From assembly GCA_014859985.1 (NCBI GenBank), contig JACZKN010000487.1, forward strand, positions 1 through 36,349: a stretch of DNA of 36,349 nucleotides, in the 5' to 3' direction. The notes beneath the pieces were generated by a model. That model saw nothing but the letters and a program-made list of their open reading frames with translations. It did not search any database and was not told where the DNA came from. This document shows, one piece after another, positions 26,803-33,280 of the stretch (its first letter is position 1; each line of letters starts with the position of its first letter). The stretch comes from Candidatus Krumholzibacteriia bacterium (GTDB lineage Bacteria > Krumholzibacteriota > Krumholzibacteriia > LZORAL124-64-63). The position numbers were made by a program, and so were the translations under genes.

Positions 26803-29307
26803 CTACTCGCAAGGCCAAGCCCCGCCGCCCCAATACGCGGCCCGGATGTCCACGTCCACCCCGATGATCGAGGTCGGGGTGCCGTCGACGTCCAGCTGGA
26901 AGGCGTTGCCCGTGAAGCGGCCGATCATCGTGGTCTCCGTCAGTTCGGTGATGGTCAGGATCACGCCGGGCAGGGGCACGTTCTCTTCGTCCCAGACGCT
27001 GGCCCAGGATTCGTTCGCGGTGACGAACCCGAACGACACCTTCCACTCGCCCGTGTCGCCCGGAACGGGGGAAGGCTTGTCGTCGTGGAAGCCCAGGTTG
27101 GCCGTGATGGCGGGGAAGTCGTCGCTGCCGATGTCGAACCAGAACTGGTAGAAGTAGTCGTCGAAATAGCTGACCGTGTAGGCGGCCTGCGAGCCGGAGG
27201 AGTTCCAGACGGCATCGCCGGTGATGGCGATCGTCACGGCGCAGTTGCAGGCGGCGGCATCCAGTTCGGCCTGGCCGGCCACGGTATCGATGGCGGCGAG
27301 CCGGGCCTCGATGACGGCGTTGCTCGTGCCCTCGCTCAAGGAACGGTAGAGTCCGTTCTGGTCGATGGTCCCGTAGCCCTCGATCACATCCCAGACCACC
27401 GTCGAGTCCTGCACGCCCGTGACCTTGGCGGTGAACTGCTGGGTCTCGCCGGGCTGGATGCAGGCGTACGGGGGCTCGACGCGCACCGTCGGCCGACCCA
27501 GGCGGACGGTCGCGAAGCCGACCCGCGGGGGCAGGCCCGAGGCGCGCGCGCCGTACCGCGTCAAGGATTCCACCGACACCAGGAACGGATAGGCGCTCGC
27601 CGCCTCGGGGGTGCGCAGGGGGCGCGTGCGGCCGTCGTTGGTGTCGGTGCCCAGACCGTCCTGCCAGGTGCCGTGCGCCGCGGTCCAGCGCAGGGTCGTC
27701 AGGTCCGCGTGGCGGATCGCCGTGGTGATGTCGATGTCGCTGCCGGGGTCCATCACGTAGATATCGGGGGGTGTGACGTCCACCTGGATGCGCAGGACCT
27801 CCATGGGGACGTCCTTGTGTACTTGGCGCCCGCCGAACTTGGCGGACTGGGCCGAGACCCGCAGTTGGTCCTGGCCCGCTTCCTTCGGCGTGACCTTCTG
27901 GGTTTCGACGTTGACGTCGAAGCGGCGGGAAATCGCGGCCGCCGTGCAGTACACCGGGCTGGAGATGTCGACGTTCCACTCCTCGGGGCAGAACTCGATC
28001 AACCCCGTGTCCTCGAACACCTCCGCCGCCCCCAGGCCCAGGCCCGCCACGCCGATGTCGCGCAGGGTCCCGCTGTCGAGGATCTTCGCCTTGTCGGTGG
28101 CCGACAGATAGGCGCCCAGCAGGCTCGTCACCACGCCGGAGACCGCCTGGTCGGCCGACCAGCCGGTCGAGGCCGCCCGCACCCACACGTCGCTGTAGGT
28201 GGCGACCTCGCGGGAATCCTCATTGAACTCCTGCTTGTCCACCGCGCACTCGAGCCGGACGAAATAGCTGGGCAGCAGGCCCGCGACCGCGCCGACCGAA
28301 CCCTGGACCGAAGCCAGCACGGCGCCGGCGATGCCGGCCGGGACACCCAGCCCGGGCGCGATCCCCAGCCCGGCCATGGCCAGGCCGCCTTTGGAGAGGA
28401 TCTGTCCGGCGTCCGATGCGGGATCCGCGCCGAACTGCGCCACGGCCGAGCGGATCATGGCCTTCGACAGCTGGTACGCCGTCGAGATCTCCCAGCGGAC
28501 GCTGATGCAGGCCTTGCCGGCGGTCGCACCGGCGGCCTCAGCGGGTCCGGCGCCAAGCAGGGTCGGGCCTGTGCCCTCGTCCTCGGTGGTGTCCACGGCC
28601 GCGAACCCGTCGATCTCCAGCCGCAGCAGCGACTCCAGCGCGAACCAGCCGAAGACCCGGTCCAGCAGTTCGGTGTCCTGGTCGTCCAGGAACCCGTCCG
28701 CGCCGCCGGCCAGGTCGGTCAGGTCCCGCGGGTCGCCCGGGTCGTCCAGGTAGGCCTGGGCCACCTTCAACGGCAGCAGCAACGGCGCCAGCTCGCCCGC
28801 CGGCGTGGCCTGCAGCTCGGCGATGCTGGTGCCGGCCCAGACGGCGCGCTGCTCCAGGTGCTCGCGCATGGTGGCCACCAGGGAGGCGAAGGCGCCCGGC
28901 GCCGGCGGCAGAGCGCCGACGGTCAGGTCCTGCGGCGCGCTCTCGTCCGTGCCGTCGCCGATGCGCACCAGCAGCGCGCCGCCGTCGTTGGGCGTGACCG
29001 GGTGCAGGGGCGCCGGGAAGAACCAGCCCTCGGCGTCGTGGTCCAGGGGAAAGGAGAACGTCTCGGCCCCTTCGGTCTCGATGATCACGCGGAAGTCCTG
29101 CGCCTTGGCTTCCTCCTGGGGCGCCGGCAGGCCCGCCACGCCCACGCGGCCGAGGCTGACGGCGGTGCCGACGGCGAGCGTGGCGTCGCGGACGGTGCCG
29201 CCGGTCCGGTCCGGGGAGGCGGAATCGCTGCCGCAGCCGTGCAGCAGCAGGAGGACGAACGGCAGGGCCGAGAGCAGGAGCAGGAAGGCGCGCAAGGGGC
29301 GATTCAT
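26803..29307 (-). CDS. Large (834 aa) lipoprotein of unknown function with a Big_2-like Ig domain and a Gly/Ala-rich hydrophobic segment
   Basis: GGAG lies 7 nt upstream of ATG 29307. N-terminus: MNRPLRAFLLLLSALPFVLLLLHGCGSDS. The ORF-track start at 29358 adds a non-signal leader. Big_2-like stretch: VRVEPPYACIQPGETQQFTAKVTGVQDSTVVWDVIEGYGTIDQNGLY. Glycine-zipper-like stretch: GGLAMAGLGIAPGLGVPAGIAGAVLASVQGSVGAVAGLLP (nt 28270-28392). Confidence 0.8.
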   Translation of the reverse strand: MNRPLRAFLLLLSALPFVLLLLHGCGSDSASPDRTGGTVRDATLAVGTAVSLGRVGVAGLPAPQEEAKAQDFRVIIETEGAETFSFPLDHDAEGWFFPAPLHPVTPNDGGALLVRIGDGTDESAPQDLTVGALPPAPGAFASLVATMREHLEQRAVWAGTSIAELQATPAGELAPLLLPLKVAQAYLDDPGDPRDLTDLAGGADGFLDDQDTELLDRVFGWFALESLLRLEIDGFAAVDTTEDEGTGPTLLGAGPAEAAGATAGKACISVRWEISTAYQLSKAMIRSAVAQFGADPASDAGQILSKGGLAMAGLGIAPGLGVPAGIAGAVLASVQGSVGAVAGLLPSYFVRLECAVDKQEFNEDSREVATYSDVWVRAASTGWSADQAVSGVVTSLLGAYLSATDKAKILDSGTLRDIGVAGLGLGAAEVFEDTGLIEFCPEEWNVDISSPVYCTAAAISRRFDVNVETQKVTPKEAGQDQLRVSAQSAKFGGRQVHKDVPMEVLRIQVDVTPPDIYVMDPGSDIDITTAIRHADLTTLRWTAAHGTWQDGLGTDTNDGRTRPLRTPEAASAYPFLVSVESLTRYGARASGLPPRVGFATVRLGRPTVRVEPPYACIQPGETQQFTAKVTGVQDSTVVWDVIEGYGTIDQNGLYRSLSEGTSNAVIEARLAAIDTVAGQAELDAAACNCAVTIAITGDAVWNSSGSQAAYTVSYFDDYFYQFWFDIGSDDFPAITANLGFHDDKPSPVPGDTGEWKVSFGFVTANESWASVWDEENVPLPGVILTITELTETTMIGRFTGNAFQLDVDGTPTSIIGVDVDIRAAYWGGGAWPCE

Positions 29308-29472
29308 GGGACGTCTCCGCGGTGGGGTCATATGAGTGACGATACCGCGAGACAACATAGTGCCAACGGCGGGCCAAACGCCACGAAAACCGTTTTGTAT
29401 CGGCCTGCGGCCGGGCCGCGCCCGCCTGGATCAGCGGCGGATGACCCCGGGCCCGCCGCTCTTGATCACCAT

Positions 29473-29952
29473 TCAATGGGCACCAGGCCAGTGGAAGAAA
29501 CATCCGACGAACATCGACACGCCCATCAGGAGCACGAACAGGCCGACGGCCACCAGGACGACCATCAGCCCGCTGCCCATGATGATCGGGATCACCCGGC
29601 GGATCACCTTGCGTCCCACGATGGCCAGGATGACCGGGGCGATGAACAGCCCGAAGCCGAGCCACAGCGAGGGCGTCTTGCCTTCCTGATAGGCCCCGGT
29701 CCGATCGGCCAGGTAGGTGCAGCCCACGAACCAGGCGACGAAGAAGATCACGAAGGCCATGGGCGCGCTCGTGAAGAACAAGGCACAACCGCGTCCGGCC
29801 TCCTCGCCGGCCGCGACGGTCCCGTCGACGACGACGACCTTCTGCGGCCGGCCGGAAGTCGGGGGTTCGGTCATGGGCGCGCCGCAGTGCGGGCAGGCCG
29901 ACGCCCGGTCCGAAACGTTGCCGCCACAATCGGGGCAGGTACTCAGTCCCAT
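29473..29952 (-). CDS. Zinc-ribbon membrane protein
   Basis: N-terminus MGLSTCPDCGGNVSDRASACPHCGAPM (CxxC-N10-CxxC), followed by four hydrophobic helices. GAAGGA lies upstream of ATG 29952. The longer ORF-track start at 30024 lacks support. Confidence 0.75.
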   Translation of the reverse strand: MGLSTCPDCGGNVSDRASACPHCGAPMTEPPTSGRPQKVVVVDGTVAAGEEAGRGCALFFTSAPMAFVIFFVAWFVGCTYLADRTGAYQEGKTPSLWLGFGLFIAPVILAIVGRKVIRRVIPIIMGSGLMVVLVAVGLFVLLMGVSMFVGCFFHWPGAH

Positions 29953-29968
29953 GTCGTTCCTTCCCGGG

Positions 29969-30018
29969 CCGGCGCGCCCAGACGGCAAAAGCAGCAGCTT
30001 AGGCGACCGGCGCGCCGG
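29969..30018. repeat. Paired GGCGCGCC palindrome element, copy 2, in a divergent intergenic region
   Basis: ccggcgcgcc (29969-29978) and ccggcgcgccgg (30007-30018) have centres exactly 38 bp apart, as in copy 1. Same orientation, with the 12-mer on the right. The interior sequence is not conserved. Confidence 0.6.
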
Positions 30019-30121
30019 AAACAAGACATAATGTATCCTGGCTCCGTCAGTTCCTCCGCTTGAAGCCGGTAAGCGGATCGGCGATGATTATCCGCAGCGC
30101 GCAGGACCCGGAGGAGGGACG

Positions 30122-30718
30122 ATGCGTTCAGCGGTTCTCATGTCCTGCATCCTGGCGGTCTCCTGGTCCACCGCGTGCCCCGCGGAGACCATGACCGTGA
30201 GCGTCCCGGCGACTTCCGGCAGCCATACGATCCATCTCGGGGAGTCCCGTTACCAGGTCAGCGCGGTCTCCTACTCGGTTGCCGGTACGGCAGAGGGATC
30301 GCGGTGGGCCTGCTGGCGCTTCGACCAGCAGGAGTTCGAATGGGTCTTCAGCTACTACTTCGAAGTCCCCAAGTACATCGGCATCTACAAGACGATCGGC
30401 GCGTGCCAGCTCTGGGACGAGTGGCGGCAAGCGGCAAATGGCGGGTTCACCATCACGGGTCGTCCCGTTGAGATCACGGGAAACGACTGCGAGCCGCTGC
30501 TGGTGGATCGTGACCTGCCCCTGTCCATCAGTTTCGGGAACGATCCCGCCGTCCTGTCGGACACCTGCTGCGATTATTACACCTACCGCCTGGCGCAGGA
30601 ACTGGTATCGCCGGGGCAACTCACGTTCGCGACGGCCTTCACGTTCGTGATCGAGTACGAAGCTGTCGTTCCTGCCGGGCGATCCGGCTGGGGAACGGTC
30701 AAGGCGCGGTATCGCTAG
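30122..30718 (+). CDS. Secreted Cys-containing protein of unknown function
   Basis: GGAGGAGGG lies upstream. Signal peptide: MRSAVLMSCILAVSWSTACPA. The product ends ...SGWGTVKARYR. Lower GC than the flanks. Confidence 0.7.
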   Translation: MRSAVLMSCILAVSWSTACPAETMTVSVPATSGSHTIHLGESRYQVSAVSYSVAGTAEGSRWACWRFDQQEFEWVFSYYFEVPKYIGIYKTIGACQLWDEWRQAANGGFTITGRPVEITGNDCEPLLVDRDLPLSISFGNDPAVLSDTCCDYYTYRLAQELVSPGQLTFATAFTFVIEYEAVVPAGRSGWGTVKARYR

Positions 30719-32112
30719 CGACCCCCGCCCGCGTCGTCCTCGGCCCGCGCCAGCTGCGCCAGTGTCCAGTTGTCGTCGGCTGCCGCCAGCACCTTGTCCA
30801 GTGCGATCCAGCGGCGGGCCACCTCGCCGAGGGCGGATTCGGGCACCGGGTCGGGCGGCTCCACCCCGGGTGCAGTGCGGTCCTCGGTGGCGCCCGCGAG
30901 CGCGTCGATGGCCTGGACCACCTCCACCGTGGTGACCGCCTCGGGGTCGCGGGCCGGCTGGTAGGCCGGAGGCTGGCCGGGCGCGCCCCGCACTTCCACC
31001 AGGACCGACGCCGCCAACAGGTCATGCAGCACGGCGTGGGCCAGGCGCGAGGGTACGCCGATGTGCTCGGCCAGCGCGGCCGCCGTCGCCGGCGGCCTGC
31101 CCGCGATAAACCGCGCCGCGCAGATCGCGGCGAGGCGCACCGCCAGCATGCGCCGCTGGCGATGGCTGGCGCCGCCGGCAGCCCGCTCCCGGGCGTAGTC
31201 GCCGGCGTTGTCCACCGCGAACGACACCTCAGCCCCCACCAGCACGATGAGCCAACTCACGTAGAGCCAGATCAGGAACAGCGGCAGCACCGCGAAACTG
31301 CCGTAGACGGCGTTGTATCGCGCGACGTTCACGACCAACTGGATGGAGCCGAACTGCACGACCTGGATGAGCGTGCCTGCCACCACGCCCGCCGCCAGTC
31401 CTGCGCGCCAACTCACCTTGGTGTTCGGCAGGGCCAGGTACACCACGGTCATGAGCAGCCAGAGGAGGACGAACGGTACCAGCTCCAGGCCCGCCAGCAC
31501 GGCGCCGCTGACGGGCTCGGCCACGCCGAGCCCGGCCAGGGCGGCATCCACCCGGCCGCTGACCACCACCGAGAAGCTGCTGCTGGCCAGCAGCAGCAGG
31601 GGCCCCAGCACCGCGATGGCCAGGTAGTCGGTGATCCTGCGCAGCACGGTGCGCCCGCGATCCACGCTCCAGATGGCGTTGAACGACGCCTCGACGGTGC
31701 CGAGCAACCGCACCGCCGCCCACAGCAGCAGCGCCACGCCGACTCCGGCCACGAGTCCGCCGCGGGTGTTGTCGAGCAGGGCGCGGGAGAACCGGATCAC
31801 CTGGTCGAGGGCCTCCTGTTGGCCCGCCAGTTGCCGGCGCAGGGTGTCCTCCAGGGCGGCCTCCAGGCCGAAGCTCTTCGCGATGCCGAAGGCCAGCGCC
31901 AGGGTGGGCACGACGGACATCAGGGTGTAGTAGACCAGGGCCGACGCCCGCAGTTGCAGCGAGTTGGCGGTGAATCCCCGGGCCGCCAGGACCACGATGC
32001 GCAGCAGGCGCAGCAGGAACGAGCGGCGGCCCGCCGGGGTCTGCTCGGGCAGATGCCAGATGTCGTGCTGGATGAGGCGGCGGGTGCGTTGCCAGAGGTG
32101 GCGAAGGTTCAT
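30715..32112 (-). CDS. YihY/BrkB-family polytopic membrane protein with a C-terminal Rrf2-like winged-helix extension
   Basis: YihY features: LRASALVYYTLMSVVPTLALAFGI, YGSFAVLPLFLIWLYVSWLIVLVGAEV. C-terminal ~150 aa: RRMLAVRLAAICAARFIAGRPPATAAALAEHIGVPSRLAHAVLHDLLAASVLVEVRG...ARDPEAVTTVEVVQAID. I take the start at ATG 32112 (MNLRHLWQRTRR). The ORF-track start at 32232 adds an Arg/Pro-rich leader. Confidence 0.8.
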   Translation of the reverse strand: MNLRHLWQRTRRLIQHDIWHLPEQTPAGRRSFLLRLLRIVVLAARGFTANSLQLRASALVYYTLMSVVPTLALAFGIAKSFGLEAALEDTLRRQLAGQQEALDQVIRFSRALLDNTRGGLVAGVGVALLLWAAVRLLGTVEASFNAIWSVDRGRTVLRRITDYLAIAVLGPLLLLASSSFSVVVSGRVDAALAGLGVAEPVSGAVLAGLELVPFVLLWLLMTVVYLALPNTKVSWRAGLAAGVVAGTLIQVVQFGSIQLVVNVARYNAVYGSFAVLPLFLIWLYVSWLIVLVGAEVSFAVDNAGDYARERAAGGASHRQRRMLAVRLAAICAARFIAGRPPATAAALAEHIGVPSRLAHAVLHDLLAASVLVEVRGAPGQPPAYQPARDPEAVTTVEVVQAIDALAGATEDRTAPGVEPPDPVPESALGEVARRWIALDKVLAAADDNWTLAQLARAEDDAGGGR

Positions 32113-32449
32113 GGCCGGTGTTCGCTTCCGGAAATGGTGGACGGCCGCGCGCCATGGCCGCCGTGCCGGCGGATCCTGTCGTTCCCACACTAGCGCGAGA
32201 TCAGCGGCGCGTCCACGGAGCGGTCGGCACACGGCGACCCGGGCGGAGCTGATCCGCGTGTCGGGGGGTTGGTTCGACGGTATCTCGGGCCGTCTGAACC
32301 CGGGGCCCGCCCATGTCCGCAGGTCAACGGTAGCTGGACTTCACCGCTCCCCGGGCCTGATCCAGATTCGGAGTGCTTCCGCAGCCGGTCGCTTTTCTGA
32401 TGCGGGTGTCCGTGACCTCGGTGCGCCGGCACGAGTCCGTGAGTCCGGA

Positions 32450-32974
32450 TCATTCGCCCGCGCAGGTGATGTTCGTCGTCGAAGTCACCGTGTACGTATC
32501 GTCGGAGCGGGTTCCGACGGAATCGAACGTGAAGGCGGCGGTGCAGCCGGGCAGGACCTCGGACTCGCCTTCGCAACTGCTGGTGTAGGTGGCAGCGTCG
32601 GCCGACGACGTGCAGGTCAGCGTGAACCCTTCCTCGTCGGGATCCTCGAAGGTCTCGCCCGCCAGCGCCCGCGTCAGCGTGCGGAAGGACTGCGCGGCCG
32701 AAGTGCCCGTCGCGGCGTCGGCGCCGAGCCCCCCGCTCACGAAGAAGTCGGCGGTCGCCACCATGAACGTCGGCGCGATCGTGACGTCGCCGCTGAGGAA
32801 GACCCGGGACGAAGCCTGGCCGGCGTTCTCGAACACGGCACTGTCGGCGGGCGTCGCGTCGTTGCGGACGGGATCGCCGTCGGATCCGCAACCGGCGGCG
32901 AGGACCAGGCAGGAGGCCAGCAGGGCGGAGCGGAACTGGTTCAGCGGAAATCTCCTTGGGAAGGTGATCTGCAC
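32450..32974 (-). CDS. Small Cys-containing lipoprotein of unknown function
   Basis: Lipoprotein signal (N)QFRSALLASCLVLAAGCGSDGD, with no in-frame ATG nearby. The candidates are GTG at 32974 or CTG at 32944. The CTG lies exactly 7 nt after a perfect AAGGAG. The ORF-track ATG at 33250 adds about 90 Pro/Arg-rich residues and is rejected. Confidence 0.65.
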   Translation of the reverse strand: MQITFPRRFPLNQFRSALLASCLVLAAGCGSDGDPVRNDATPADSAVFENAGQASSRVFLSGDVTIAPTFMVATADFFVSGGLGADAATGTSAAQSFRTLTRALAGETFEDPDEEGFTLTCTSSADAATYTSSCEGESEVLPGCTAAFTFDSVGTRSDDTYTVTSTTNITCAGE

Positions 32975-33280
32975 CTCAGGCACTAAGCAGACATGCACGC
33001 TCCGCTTTTGTCCGGAGTCAATCCCCGGGACGCGGCCCGGCGGACCGGCAGCTTGCCGGTGGGCGGTCGGGGGGAGTACACTCGGAGGGATTCGCGCGGA
33101 ACGGGGCCGTGGCAGTGGAGGCGATGGGGCGGCTGAAATCCCGATTTGCCAAACACGTTGGCCGGGTCGGCAGGATTCGGCAGGTCCGAATCCCGCCGTT
33201 TGACAAGGTGGTGCGCACGTTCCAGCTTCGCGGTTTGGAGCAACCGCCACCCGGCTGCCCCCTGCCTAAGGAGATCCTCG

